The notes beneath the pieces were generated by a model. The model ran no database searches, was not told where the DNA came from, and was given only the letters and a program-made list of their open reading frames with translations. This document shows positions 51,171-61,219 of a stretch of DNA of 64,000 bases, piece by piece. A program made the translations under genes and the position numbers. Each line of letters opens with the position of its first letter. Position 1 is the stretch's first letter. This DNA is from Gemmatimonadales bacterium (GTDB lineage Bacteria > Gemmatimonadota > Gemmatimonadetes > Gemmatimonadales > GWC2-71-9), in the NCBI GenBank assembly GCA_965249575.1, contig OZ252244.1, positions 1,312,001-1,376,000 of the forward strand, written 5' to 3'.

Positions 51171-52082
51171 GTCGACCGGCCGCCGCTTATTCACCACCAC
51201 GGCCGGCTTCTGACCCATGTCGCCGCAGCCGCCGCGCTGATGTTGCCGGCGCCGGCGGGAGCCCAGGATTCCTTCGCCGAAGTCAACGGGGCCAGGCTCT
51301 ACTACGAAGTCGAGGGCACGGGCCACCCGTTGGTCCTGATCCACGGGTGGCCGTTGAGCGCACGCATGTGGGATGACCAGGCGCGCGTTCTCGCTGACCA
51401 CTACCGAGTCGTCCGCTACGACCGGCGCGGCTTCGGCCGATCACCGGCCAACCCCTGGAACGAGTCCTCTGCCGGGCACGACTTCGAGGATCTCGCGGCG
51501 CTGCTGGACCACTTGAGCATCTCCAGCGCACACGTTCTGGGCATGTCGCAGGGAGGATCCGTCGCCACCCGATTCGCACTCGAATACCCACAACGCGTTG
51601 ATGCCTTGATGCTCCATGGAGCGGGGCTCGAGGGATTCGTCCTTCCGGAGCACGGCCCATTCGCTTCCCTGGAGTCGGTGCGGACGCTCATGGAAGAGGA
51701 GGGTATGGACGCGTTCCGCCGCCAGTGGCTCGCACACCCCATCAACTACATACCCGACGGGAAGCCCGAGGCGTCCGCCCGCCTCCGACGGATAGTGGAG
51801 GAATACTCCGGCGCCGACATGCTGACCCGGCCGTCATCGAGATCGCGGGAGCGAACTCCCGCAATCCAGCGACTGCACGAGATCCGGGCTCCAACGCTGG
51901 TTCTGGTTGGCGGCACCGATCTCCCGTTCTTCCAGATTATTGCCGATGCATTGGCTTTTCTCATTCCGGATGCCGAGAAGGTCGTGGTGCCTGGGGGTGG
52001 ACACGTCGTCAACATAATCGAGCCCGAGCGATATAACGCCGAGGTGCTTCGGTTTCTGCGGGGGATCGAAGAGCCCCAATGA
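51171..52082 (+). CDS. Alpha/beta hydrolase, exported (start uncertain)
   Basis: AGA-Q cleavage site, LIHGWP, YDRRGFGRS, GMSQGG, GGHVVN. Confidence 0.85.
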   Translation, partial: VDRPPLIHHHGRLLTHVAAAAALMLPAPAGAQDSFAEVNGARLYYEVEGTGHPLVLIHGWPLSARMWDDQARVLADHYRVVRYDRRGFGRSPANPWNESSAGHDFEDLAALLDHLSISSAHVLGMSQGGSVATRFALEYPQRVDALMLHGAGLEGFVLPEHGPFASLESVRTLMEEEGMDAFRRQWLAHPINYIPDGKPEASARLRRIVEEYSGADMLTRPSSRSRERTPAIQRLHEIRAPTLVLVGGTDLPFFQIIADALAFLIPDAEKVVVPGGGHVVNIIEPERYNAEVLRFLRGIEEPQ

Positions 52083-52117
52083 ACCCGTAGGCCCCGTGTG
52101 TTCAGGAGGTGGCGAAA

Positions 52118-52411
52118 ATGGTGGAGAAGATCGTTCGAACCGAGAGACTGGAACTCGTCGACCGGCACGATCGCGTTCGCGCCGTGCTCGCCTGTGAGGC
52201 CGATTCCGAGGCGCCGTCGCTGGCACTCCTCGATGGTGACGGTCAAACGCGGGTGATCGTCGGAATGTCCTGGAACGATATGCCGCAGATTCAACTGGCC
52301 GCGCCTGACGGGACGGCCCGCGTCGCGCTGGTGGTGAGGCCCGAAGGGATGGGTATGGCGGTGCTTGCGGATGGAGAGCAGCACACCAAGACGATCACCC
52401 CCGAGGAGTAG
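52118..52411 (+). CDS. Hypothetical protein
   Basis: AGGAGG RBS; repeated L.L.D.DG..R-like units. Confidence 0.6.
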   Translation: MVEKIVRTERLELVDRHDRVRAVLACEADSEAPSLALLDGDGQTRVIVGMSWNDMPQIQLAAPDGTARVALVVRPEGMGMAVLADGEQHTKTITPEE

Positions 52412-52476
52412 GCATCCGTCGCACCGCTTCCGCAGGGCTTGCGGCGAGAAACACCTGCACCGGTTCCAACTAGGTG

Positions 52477-52800
52477 TTACTGGTTCGACTTTCCGCCACA
52501 CTTCTCACAGCCACAGATCGACTGCAGGAATTCGTAGGTGTAAATCCCGGTACCATGGCCGTCACTCCAGTCTACGCGCATCGCATAACTCCCCACCAAG
52601 CGTACGGCCAGCGGCTTGATATCGTCGCGCACGGTAGTAGGGTCGAGCAGGCGCGCACCTGTCAGCTCGTGACGGCACCCGGCGCACGGACACCGGAGGC
52701 GCAGCTCCCGGGCGGGATAGTGACAGACGTGATCGCCGCTCCACGTGATGACGATCTCCGGATCGTGACGATCTATGCGTTCGGGGATTGGATGCTGCAC
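52477..52800 (-). CDS. DUF971 / GBBH-like N-terminal domain protein
   Basis: LRLRCPCAGC, VGSYA...WSDGHGTGIY. Confidence 0.9.
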   Translation of the reverse strand: MQHPIPERIDRHDPEIVITWSGDHVCHYPARELRLRCPCAGCRHELTGARLLDPTTVRDDIKPLAVRLVGSYAMRVDWSDGHGTGIYTYEFLQSICGCEKCGGKSNQ

Positions 52801-52837
52801 CGAATTCGACCGATCCCGCGCTAGGGGCGCGACGCGG

Positions 52838-53203
52838 TTACGTCCTCAGAGCCTCGCCGACGGTTTCGAGTAGCTGCTGCGGCGAGAACGGTTTCGGAAG
52901 GACGCGAATCGCGGGAGAATGGTCGACAATCCCGATCAGATTGAGCGCTTTGGGGCTCCGACCCGACATCACAATGACCGGAACCTCGGCCGATTGCAGT
53001 CGGATCCGCTCGAGCAGCTCGATCCCATTCATTTTCGGCAAGAATGCGTCTAGCAGCATGAGATCGACCTGACCCGCCTCCAAGATCGACAGCGCGCCCT
53101 CAGCGTCGGCCGACTCGATGACTTCGTAGCCATTCGATTCGAGCGCGGCTCGCAGCACGTCGCGAATGTCTTGCTCGTCATCTACGACCAGGATCTTGGC
53201 CAC
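52838..53203 (-). CDS. Single-domain response regulator
   Basis: KILVVDDE, DLMLLD, PKMNG, KPF. Confidence 0.85.
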   Translation of the reverse strand: MAKILVVDDEQDIRDVLRAALESNGYEVIESADAEGALSILEAGQVDLMLLDAFLPKMNGIELLERIRLQSAEVPVIVMSGRSPKALNLIGIVDHSPAIRVLPKPFSPQQLLETVGEALRT

Positions 53204-53407
53204 CAACCATGGTAAGCAAAACCCGGCCAACCTCCTAGGGCCGCCCTGGGGCGTGTGCTGCGGCTCGGGGGAGCCTGTGGTTTCCGGATCCGGCACCCGG
53301 GGTTGCGGCTACCTCCGCGCCGACGAGGTGTGGACGTCCGGGGCGGCAGATTTTACTGTGCGACGGACCCTGGAGGAACCGATGACCGACCGCACGGTAC
53401 TCTAGCC

Positions 53408-54787
53408 ATGCACCATACGGTAAACCGGACGGCCTGGACACTCGCGGGCACGAGCGCCCTGCTGGCCGCCGCATGCGGCGGCGGCGGTCCCGAGATGCGA
53501 TTCATCGTGCAAACCCCTCGCGAAGCTTACGTCGAGCAGCTGCGCCAGGCGGGGCTGCACACCACCGCGCTGGGGCGTGATTGGATCGCGGTCGCAGAGC
53601 AGGTGCTCGCGGATCCCCGGGTGGTGGACGTCCCCCACCACGAGGTCCGATATCTGGATCCGGCCCGGGCCGTCGCGCTGGCCTACCGCGCGCCACTCGA
53701 GCGCGGCCAGGAACTCGCCGTCAACATCGACGTCGCCGCGGCTGAGCCCCGCGACCACCGGCTCTTTCTCGACTTGTTCTTTGCGGGAGACACCGCCGCA
53801 CCCCTCCAGCTGGTCTCGAGCGCCGATTCTGCCGGTTGGAACCTCGACTTCGTCGCGCTCCGCCCAGGCGACTACGTACTTCGAGTGCAGCCCGAGGCGC
53901 TCCGGGGAGGCCGCGTAACGGTCACCGTCAGCGCGCGAGGATCTCTCGGGTTTCCTGTCGTTGGTGGAGACCTTGGCATAATGCGAAGCGGGTTCGGCGC
54001 CTCCCGGGATGCCGGTCGACGGGAGCACCACGGCGTCGATCTGTTCGCCGCGCGGGGGACTCCGGTGGTCGCCGCCGCAGCCGGTCGGGTGACGCGGGTG
54101 GGTAGCCGGGGACGGGGCGGGAACGTCGTGTGGATGCGCGACCGGTACGGGCGCCACTTGTACTACGCCCACCTCGACCGGCAGGCCGTGGCACGGGGAG
54201 CGCACGTGCAGCCCGGTGACACCTTGGGATTCGTGGGAAACACCGGCAACGCCCGCACGACTCCGCCACACCTGCATTTCGGGATCTACATGCGGGGTGT
54301 CGGTCCGGTGGACCCTTACTATCACCTCTACCAACCGCCGCAATCGCCGCCGGCATTTGCGGGTGACCCCGGCCAGGTCGGCCGGTTGGCCCGGGTCGCA
54401 AGAGCCGAAGCACCCGTCCGCGAGACCCCTCACACTTCGTCGACCGTCGTCGCGCGGCTGGCGAAGCAAACACCGGTCGAGCTGCTGGCGGGCACCGGCC
54501 AGTGGTACTACGCCCGGCTCCCCAGCGGGGATCAAGGCTACATCGGCCACCGCCACGCCGAGCCACTCGATCCGATCGATGTCGCCGGCATCGCATACTC
54601 ATCAACCCTCCGCGCGGCGCCATCCCCCGCCGGGATCGAAGTCGATTCACTTCCCGGCGGCGCACCGGTCTCGGTTTTGGGTTGGCACGGTGAGTACGTC
54701 CTGGTCCGGAATGCGGGCGGGAGTCAAGGGTGGATTGGTGCGGCGGCGCTGGCCCCCGGGGGCGGCGGGGTGGCCGGCGCTCCCTGA
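53408..54787 (+). CDS. M23 family peptidase lipoprotein with C-terminal SH3-like domains
   Basis: Lipobox LAAAC, HHGVD, YYAHL, PPHLHFG. Confidence 0.88.
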   Translation: MHHTVNRTAWTLAGTSALLAAACGGGGPEMRFIVQTPREAYVEQLRQAGLHTTALGRDWIAVAEQVLADPRVVDVPHHEVRYLDPARAVALAYRAPLERGQELAVNIDVAAAEPRDHRLFLDLFFAGDTAAPLQLVSSADSAGWNLDFVALRPGDYVLRVQPEALRGGRVTVTVSARGSLGFPVVGGDLGIMRSGFGASRDAGRREHHGVDLFAARGTPVVAAAAGRVTRVGSRGRGGNVVWMRDRYGRHLYYAHLDRQAVARGAHVQPGDTLGFVGNTGNARTTPPHLHFGIYMRGVGPVDPYYHLYQPPQSPPAFAGDPGQVGRLARVARAEAPVRETPHTSSTVVARLAKQTPVELLAGTGQWYYARLPSGDQGYIGHRHAEPLDPIDVAGIAYSSTLRAAPSPAGIEVDSLPGGAPVSVLGWHGEYVLVRNAGGSQGWIGAAALAPGGGGVAGAP

Positions 54788-54842
54788 GTACGTGCGAGTC
54801 CGGATCGCTCAGTCTAGGTCTCCCCCCGCAACACCAAGCCGC

Positions 54843-57812
54843 CTAGGGCACGCCCTCCGGCTCGCCAACCAGCCTCGCAAGGTCGGCCCGGACTTGATTC
54901 GCTTCCGAAAGCAACTCTGGCTCCGGGTCGAACCGCAACGCGAGATACCGCCGGTAGGCCTCGATCGCGCCGGCCGTATCCCCCGCCAAGGCGGCGAGTC
55001 GCCCCTCCTCGCGGTAGAAGGTGGACTCGAACCGGCTGCTCAATCCGAACTCTCTGCGGCGCACGGCGGCCAGAGCGCGCTCGAAGTCACCCGCCGCTCC
55101 GTACAGGCTCGCCGCAATTAGATTCATCCACCTGCGTGCGTACTCATGCTGGCTCGGGCCGGTGCGCAGCAGCGAGTCCAGACGTGCGAGCGCCGGCTGC
55201 CGATCGGCTGGCCCCGCGACCACGGCTTCCAGCGTGGCGACACATGTGCGACGGAACGCGTGCCAACCCAGGGGGGGCTCATCGTCAGGAAACGCGCGGA
55301 GCCACGCAAGCGCACGCGTGGCCCTCTGTCTATTCCCGTTGACTCCATTCCATATCCCGAGGTTACAGTGGTCGCCGATCTGTCTCCGGCGAATCTGAAC
55401 GTGCGGAGACACCGGCCCACCGACGAGCGGCTCGAGCCGCTGAGCCGACCGCACCGCCAGGGTCTCGTCGGCCCCCCAGAAGAGTGTTCGGGTGATGTGG
55501 TTCCAGTGATGGAAATGCAGTGTGTCGTTCAACTCGAACTCCGCCTCGCGTCTTGCGAATTCGAGTGCGGCTCGAGGACGACCCAGATTCAACATCATTG
55601 GCGTGAGAATGTTGATGGCAATCGAGGTTTCCTGCCTGGACCCAGAGCGCTCGAGTGCCGTCTTGACCGCGAGCTCGGCGTCGACCAATCCCAGACCCGC
55701 CTGTTGAGCCGTGATGCCGGTGCCCCGCAACTCGGCCAGTCGCAGTGAGTCTAGATCACCTCGCCAGACCTCGAGGGCGGCCGAATCGCCGAGCGCCGTT
55801 GCAGAGAGCCACTCCCGACTGAGGCGCATGGGGCCCAGCGTGGCGTGATATCGCGCACGCAGCTCGCGCAGTATTGCCGTGTCCCCGATGAATACAGCAT
55901 GATCGATCAGGTGAGCCATGATCGGTCCGAAGTCCGGATTCAGCTCGAGCGCTCTCTCAAACGCGCCCATCGCCCGATCGAGCGGTTCCGGCAGGCCGAC
56001 CAGGGTGCCGAAGTGATACATCCTGTCACCCAGGAGGAACCAGCTTTCCCATCGGTCCCGCATCACATCCACTGCGCGTTCAGCATCTGAGATCCACTGG
56101 GCGAGTGGGGTGGGATCCGGGTAGTTGGAGCCAACCCAGGCGTCTAGCAGCGTCCGGTCCCGAGGTCCGAGGCGATCGCGGTGCGCCCAGGCGAGCCGGC
56201 GCCCTTCAGCGGCGGAGCGGCCAGTTCCCCAGGTAGCGTCAATGGACTGCCAGAGGGCGGCCAGGGCAAACGTGCTGTCGTCTTGAAGCGCCCGGTCGAA
56301 GTGCTCGAGCGCTTCAACGTATCGACCGCGCCGGAACTCCGCTTGCCCCTCGAGGTAGGCCTTGAGCGCCGTGAGGGAAGTGCTCGTCAAGTCCGACAGA
56401 GTTCGTGCTTCAACGCCCGCACGAAGTGCCAGCAACTGTGCCGTTAGCCGGTCAATGAGGGCGGGGAGGCTGTCGGCCGGCCCTTCGACGTTCGCCCGAG
56501 CGGTGACGGATCCGTCAGTCACATCGAGCATTGTGGCGTTCAGCGTCATGTGACTCGCCGTTCCGACGATCCCGCCCTGAAGGAGGTGGGCCGATCCGAG
56601 GCCGGAGGCCAGCTCCAGAGCATCGTCTTCCGGCAAGTCCGAGCGTGGCGAACCCACGGCGCGCACCCATGCGCCGATGGCCGTCTGAGGAGCCAGGGCT
56701 CGCGGTCCCCCTTCACCGGTCAGCCTGGCGAACAGCAAGTCGACGATTCCCTCACGCAGGTACTGGAGCTCAGGATCCGCCGCCGCCGTTCGGAACGGAA
56801 GCACGGTCACAAGGTTCGCATCGAGCTCACGTGCGCCTCGATCCGGCGACCACCACAGCACCGACCCTGCAATGAGGAGCACGGCGGCACCGACGGCGAC
56901 CGCCACGCGATGTTTCCGCGTTCGAGTCGTTTCGAACCACTGAGCTCCGGTTGGGGTGAATCCGGCACCGGGCGTCGCCTGCGCCTCAAGCTGCGACAGA
57001 AGCTCCTCCGCCGTCTGCCATCGGTCAGCCGGCCGTTTCGCCAAGCACTTCATCACCACGGCTTCCAACTCCGCCGACACCCGGTCGCGGTGCTTGCTCA
57101 CTGGGTCTGCCTGGTCGGTGACGTGCGCGGCCAGCATCCCCTGCGGTGTCGTGGCTGTGAACGGAGTCCGGCCGGTTAGCAGCTCGTACGCCATCACGCC
57201 AACGGCGTAGATGTCCGCCCGATGGTCGATGTGGGGATCAGCCGTCGCCTGCTCGGGGGCCATGTAAGCTGGGGTCCCAAGCGTCATCCCTGCGGTGGTG
57301 AGTGCCTGCCGCCCGGTCGCTTCGCTCACCGCCTTGGCAACGCCGAAATCGGTCACCAGCGCATGCCGGTCGGACAGCATGACGTTGTCCGGCTTGATAT
57401 CGCGGTGCACGACGCCCTGGGAATGCGCCTTCGCCAGGGCATCCACCACCTCGCGGAGGATGCGTACTGCCTCCGCTATAGGAAGCTCTGCCTCCCGCGC
57501 CAGCTTGTCTCGTAAGGACTCGCCATCGACATACGGCATGACGTAGTAGAGGAAGCCATCGGCATCGCCGGAATCATGCAGCGGGAGGATGTGGGGGTGG
57601 GTGAGACGGGCCGCAATATCGATCTCTCGCAGGAAGCGATCGGGACCGAGCACCGCTGCCAGCTCCGGCCGCAGCACCTTCACGGCCACCTTCCGATGGT
57701 GCTTCACATCCTCGGCCAGATAGACCGTCGCCATGCCACCTGCACCGAGCTCGCGCTCGATGGCGTAGCGGTCAGCCAGGGCGGCTTTCAGGTGCTCCAA
57801 CATTCCGCTCAT
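54843..57812 (-). CDS. Hanks-type Ser/Thr protein kinase with TM and TPR-rich extracytoplasmic region
   Basis: LGAGGMATVY, VAVK, HRDIKPDN, DFG, YMAPE; TM near aa 310. Confidence 0.92.
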   Translation of the reverse strand: MSGMLEHLKAALADRYAIERELGAGGMATVYLAEDVKHHRKVAVKVLRPELAAVLGPDRFLREIDIAARLTHPHILPLHDSGDADGFLYYVMPYVDGESLRDKLAREAELPIAEAVRILREVVDALAKAHSQGVVHRDIKPDNVMLSDRHALVTDFGVAKAVSEATGRQALTTAGMTLGTPAYMAPEQATADPHIDHRADIYAVGVMAYELLTGRTPFTATTPQGMLAAHVTDQADPVSKHRDRVSAELEAVVMKCLAKRPADRWQTAEELLSQLEAQATPGAGFTPTGAQWFETTRTRKHRVAVAVGAAVLLIAGSVLWWSPDRGARELDANLVTVLPFRTAAADPELQYLREGIVDLLFARLTGEGGPRALAPQTAIGAWVRAVGSPRSDLPEDDALELASGLGSAHLLQGGIVGTASHMTLNATMLDVTDGSVTARANVEGPADSLPALIDRLTAQLLALRAGVEARTLSDLTSTSLTALKAYLEGQAEFRRGRYVEALEHFDRALQDDSTFALAALWQSIDATWGTGRSAAEGRRLAWAHRDRLGPRDRTLLDAWVGSNYPDPTPLAQWISDAERAVDVMRDRWESWFLLGDRMYHFGTLVGLPEPLDRAMGAFERALELNPDFGPIMAHLIDHAVFIGDTAILRELRARYHATLGPMRLSREWLSATALGDSAALEVWRGDLDSLRLAELRGTGITAQQAGLGLVDAELAVKTALERSGSRQETSIAINILTPMMLNLGRPRAALEFARREAEFELNDTLHFHHWNHITRTLFWGADETLAVRSAQRLEPLVGGPVSPHVQIRRRQIGDHCNLGIWNGVNGNRQRATRALAWLRAFPDDEPPLGWHAFRRTCVATLEAVVAGPADRQPALARLDSLLRTGPSQHEYARRWMNLIAASLYGAAGDFERALAAVRRREFGLSSRFESTFYREEGRLAALAGDTAGAIEAYRRYLALRFDPEPELLSEANQVRADLARLVGEPEGVP

Positions 57813-58124
57813 GACGCTAACACACGACTCGCTTGTTTGATGGGCTGCGGCTGGAATGTACGGACTTGCTGACACGTCCCGCTAGCCGCCGACTCGCTCG
57901 AAGGAGCGGCTTGTGCAGCATCACAGGATGGAGACTCCTCGAGATGACACGCCAGTGTCGGCTCGGGAATCTAAGGAGGGACGACACCGCGGTCCGCTCG
58001 GGAGCCGTCCGGTCCCACGCCGGAGCGCGCCGCTACTCTGCGCCCATCATTGCCCACGAATCAACCTCCAGCGTATGTTCTCGGGAACGTAGAGAGCGAT
58101 GGCGAAACCGACGAAAACGCGGAC

Positions 58125-58348
58125 GGGCTGGCGACGCGCTCGCTGAATATCAAACAGCGCTCGACCGCAGTCCGAATCGCTTCAACAGTCTCTACGGTGC
58201 GGGACGCGCCGCCGAGCTCGCGGGGAGAGCGGATGCTGCAAGCCAGTATTACAAAGCGCTCTTGGACGTGACGGCAGGTGCCGAGAGCCAGAGGGATCGG
58301 TTGGAGCACGCAAGCGCCTACCTCGAGGGGGGTCGCAACTCGTCGTAG
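58125..58348 (+). pseudogene. C-terminal TPR-like fragment
   Basis: ALAEYQTALDRSPNRFNSLYGAGRAAELAG; no in-frame N-terminus. Confidence 0.55.
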
Positions 58349-58378
58349 AGACTGGGGCCGAGGATTGGCCAGCGGCCG

Positions 58379-58867
58379 TCAGCGCTCCGGGCGCCGACTG
58401 ACGATAATCTCGCACGCCCGAGTGAGCGCTGGCCTGTCCGCAGCGGCGACAGCCTCCTTCCACGGTTGGCTGGCAACCTCGTCTGGCTCCCCGGCCTGCT
58501 CGGCGACGCGCGGCCCATCGTCGAGGAAAATGGTGATGCGAACAGTCTTGAACGATACCGGCTCGCAACGGAGGAAGCTCTGGATGACCTCTCGTTTCCA
58601 GGGCTCGCCCTCGTGCTCACGAGGCGTCGCGTGAACGGTCTCTTACCACACCAGGTACGACCCATCGCGTTGCGGACGAATGGCGGCGGTGTCAAGGGAG
58701 ATTCGGAAGTCGTTGTCTTGGTAGAGCACCTCCCAAAGCCGATCCGATCCCGCCGCCGACCTGACGGGAGCAGCGCGGTCGCAAGCGGTGATCCCAGTCG
58801 CCAGCAGCATCGCGCTGAGGCGCCAGACGTTGAGTCGCATGACCGTTGCGGACCCAGTCGCACGCAT
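58379..58867 (-). CDS. Putative lipoprotein (surface-adhesin-E-like) with an in-frame TAA at 58643-58645
   Basis: Lipobox ITAC, ISLDTAAI..YLVW*ETVH; the frame stays open to TGA at 58379. Confidence 0.5.
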
Positions 58868-58952
58868 GGGCCGTCCTTGACGGGGTCGGTGCGGGACCGC
58901 AACCTGGGTCCAGGATCGGAAGAGCCAAGACCGCCTGAACAGGGGAGACACC

Positions 58953-59219
58953 GTGGCGACGATCAGAGTCTATACGACCCCCACGTGACCCTACTGCAAG
59001 CGGGCCAAGGAGTGGCTCAAGCAGCGGGGCTGCCAGTTCGATGAACTGGACATTACGAAAGACGTGACCGTTTTGCGAGAGTGGCGCGCCCTTACCGGCG
59101 GCGTCGGGGTTCCCGTCATAGCGCATGGTAACGATTTCATCATCGGGTTCAACCCCGAACGGCTGGAGCAATTCGTCGACTGCTGCGAGCACACGTCGAG
59201 CGTCGAACAGGAGGAGTAG
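58953..59219 (+). CDS. Glutaredoxin-like selenoprotein (UPYC)
   Basis: Manual: GGGGAG RBS, GTG start, MATIRVYTTPT-TGA-PYCKRAKEWLKQRG...GVPVIAHG..IIGFNPERL; not in ORF track. Confidence 0.85.
58994..59024 (+). promoter_or_regulatory. Bacterial SECIS-like hairpin
   Basis: CTGC..GGGCCA-[AGGAG]-TGGCTC..GCAG; apical loop follows 19 nt after the UGA. Confidence 0.65.
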
Positions 59220-59243
59220 AGGCAGCCGAAGAGACGCCCTAGA

Positions 59244-59455
59244 TCACCTCACCGCCCTCGGCCAATCGTTGACTCGGCGGTCGGCAGCCGATTCGACCGC
59301 CGCGACCACGGCGTCGAGCTCGTCTCGACGGTAGAGCTGTCCCCGAAGCACGACGCTGTTGATCCGGCGCGTGTTGGCGATGTTTTCGCGTGGATCGGCG
59401 TCGAGTAAGACCAAATCGGCAATCGTGCCGGGCTCCAATAGTGCCGAGAGTACTC
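59244..59455 (-). pseudogene. C-terminal fragment of amidohydrolase
   Basis: LGTI/EPGTIADLVLLDADPRENIANTRRINSVVLRG. Confidence 0.75.
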
Positions 59456-59504
59456 CGTTCTGGGGCGTATGATTGGCCCCCAACTCAGCGACAAGGACCA
59501 TGTC

Positions 59505-60512
59505 ATGCGCCACGCTCGCATCCTTATGCAGACGGCCGTAGTCGGATTCGTGCTCCCGCTTCTGGCGTGCGCCGGTACGGACCACCAGGGCGCCGCTCCC
59601 GCTCCAGAGTATTTCCTGACGGCCGACCAGACTCACAATCGCTTCTCGGCGGCGATCCCGCCGGCGATTAGAGTGCCATCCGGTGCGGTCGTACAAGTCG
59701 AGACCCGAGAGGTAACCGACCATCAGCTCACACCGACATCGACGGCCGCCGACCTCGCGACCCTGAGCTTCGATCCGATTCACCCGCTCACCGGACCGGT
59801 GTACGTCGAGGAAGCCGAGCCCGGAGATGTGTTAGCGGTAACGATTCACAGCGCCGAGGTCATCGCCTTCGGCTTTGCGGCCATCATCCCGAATTTCGGC
59901 TTTCTGGCGGACGAGTTCCCGGAGCCCTACCTGAAGATCTTCCCGCACGAGCCGGGCGCGACCACCGCAAAGCTCACCGATGATATCGATGTTCCGCTGC
60001 GGCCGTTTGCCGGAGTGATGGGCGTCGCCCCGGACACCGACTCGATGCTCACCACCATTCCACCGCGCGCCAACGGTGGCAACCTGGACAACCGCCACCT
60101 CCAGCCCGGCACAACGGTCTACTTCCCGGTGTTGGTCGAGGGGGGGCTTTTTTCGATCGGAGACACGCACGCCGCTCAGGGCGACGGGGAGGTCTCGGGC
60201 ACCGGACTCGAAGCCGCGATGCGCATCGTCTACGAAATCAGTGTGATCAAGGGCGGCCGTCAAATACAGGAGCCGCAGTACGAAACCGCGGATTACTACG
60301 CGGTCGGAGCGCATGCGACCTCGCTCGAGGCGGCTGCGAAGCAGGCCGTGCGCTACATGATCGATTACCTCATGGCCGAACATGGGCTTTCGCGCCAAGA
60401 GGCGTACGTGTTGTGCTCCCTCGCGGGCGACCTCAGGATCGCGGAGGTCGTCGACATGCCCAACTACTGGGTCGCGATGCACATGCCGAAATCGGTGTTC
60501 AGCGGCGATTAG
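59505..60512 (+). CDS. Acetamidase/formamidase family lipoprotein
   Basis: Lipobox LLAC, HPLTGPVYV..AEPGD, NGGNLD, GDTHAAQGDGEV. Confidence 0.9.
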   Translation: MRHARILMQTAVVGFVLPLLACAGTDHQGAAPAPEYFLTADQTHNRFSAAIPPAIRVPSGAVVQVETREVTDHQLTPTSTAADLATLSFDPIHPLTGPVYVEEAEPGDVLAVTIHSAEVIAFGFAAIIPNFGFLADEFPEPYLKIFPHEPGATTAKLTDDIDVPLRPFAGVMGVAPDTDSMLTTIPPRANGGNLDNRHLQPGTTVYFPVLVEGGLFSIGDTHAAQGDGEVSGTGLEAAMRIVYEISVIKGGRQIQEPQYETADYYAVGAHATSLEAAAKQAVRYMIDYLMAEHGLSRQEAYVLCSLAGDLRIAEVVDMPNYWVAMHMPKSVFSGD

Positions 60513-60660
60513 CGAGTGGGCGAGTGGGCAAGTGGCAAGTGGTGAGTGGCAAGTGGTGAGTGGCAAGTGGTGAGTGGCAAGTGGTGAGTGGTGAGTGGTG
60601 AGTGGTGAGTGGTGAGTGGTGAGTGGTGAGTGGTGAGTGGTGAGTGGTGAGTGGTGAGTG
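60512..60660. repeat. Heptamer tandem repeat (GTGAGTG/GCAAGTG)
   Basis: 2 GCGAGTGG units, 8 mixed GCAAGTG/GTGAGTG units, then 11 GTGAGTG. Confidence 0.95.
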
Positions 60661-60726
60661 GAAGTAAACGGGGCTACGCTAGCCTTCCAGGTGGCGCAAC
60701 CCGTAGCTAAGCTGGCAACCGGCTGA

Positions 60727-61170
60727 TCAGCGCCGTGAACGCAACCGAGACCCGATCAAGACGCCGATCACTCCGAGCACGGGGTTGAGCAAAGCGATCC
60801 ACACCGGCTCCTGAGCGTTTTGCATGGCCTCGAACATCCCCACCGCGCCGGCTCGCGCAGCAGCCGTTGCCTCGGGCGACCCGGTGAACGCTGGGATTGC
60901 GGAGACGATCCCGAGCAGCACTACGACAGTGATTAGTGCCTTCGTGGCCGTGGGATTCCTCCCGACCGCAGCGCAGATATACCCGCCGGCAATCCCGGCC
61001 AGAATTCCGATCGCGATGCTGAGACCCAACCAGGTCGCCGACATTTCCCAGCTAGCCGGACGAAACGCTCCATCGGCTCCCAACAGGAAATAGGCAACGG
61101 AGAACAGGGCGAACACTGACACGGCCATCACAGCGTAGCCAGCGACCACGCCTCCTACGATTCTTCCCAT
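60727..61170 (-). CDS. Hypothetical membrane protein (~4 TM)
   Basis: GGGAG RBS; MGRIVGGVVAGY...; four hydrophobic segments. Confidence 0.7.
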   Translation of the reverse strand: MGRIVGGVVAGYAVMAVSVFALFSVAYFLLGADGAFRPASWEMSATWLGLSIAIGILAGIAGGYICAAVGRNPTATKALITVVVLLGIVSAIPAFTGSPEATAAARAGAVGMFEAMQNAQEPVWIALLNPVLGVIGVLIGSRLRSRR

Positions 61171-61219
61171 GGACCGAACTCCCCATACTTGACCAGTCCA
61201 AGTCGCCAACCTACACCGA

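Noticed and set aside
60512..60660. CRISPR array
   Set aside because: 7-nt tandem units with no spacers and no cas genes in the window
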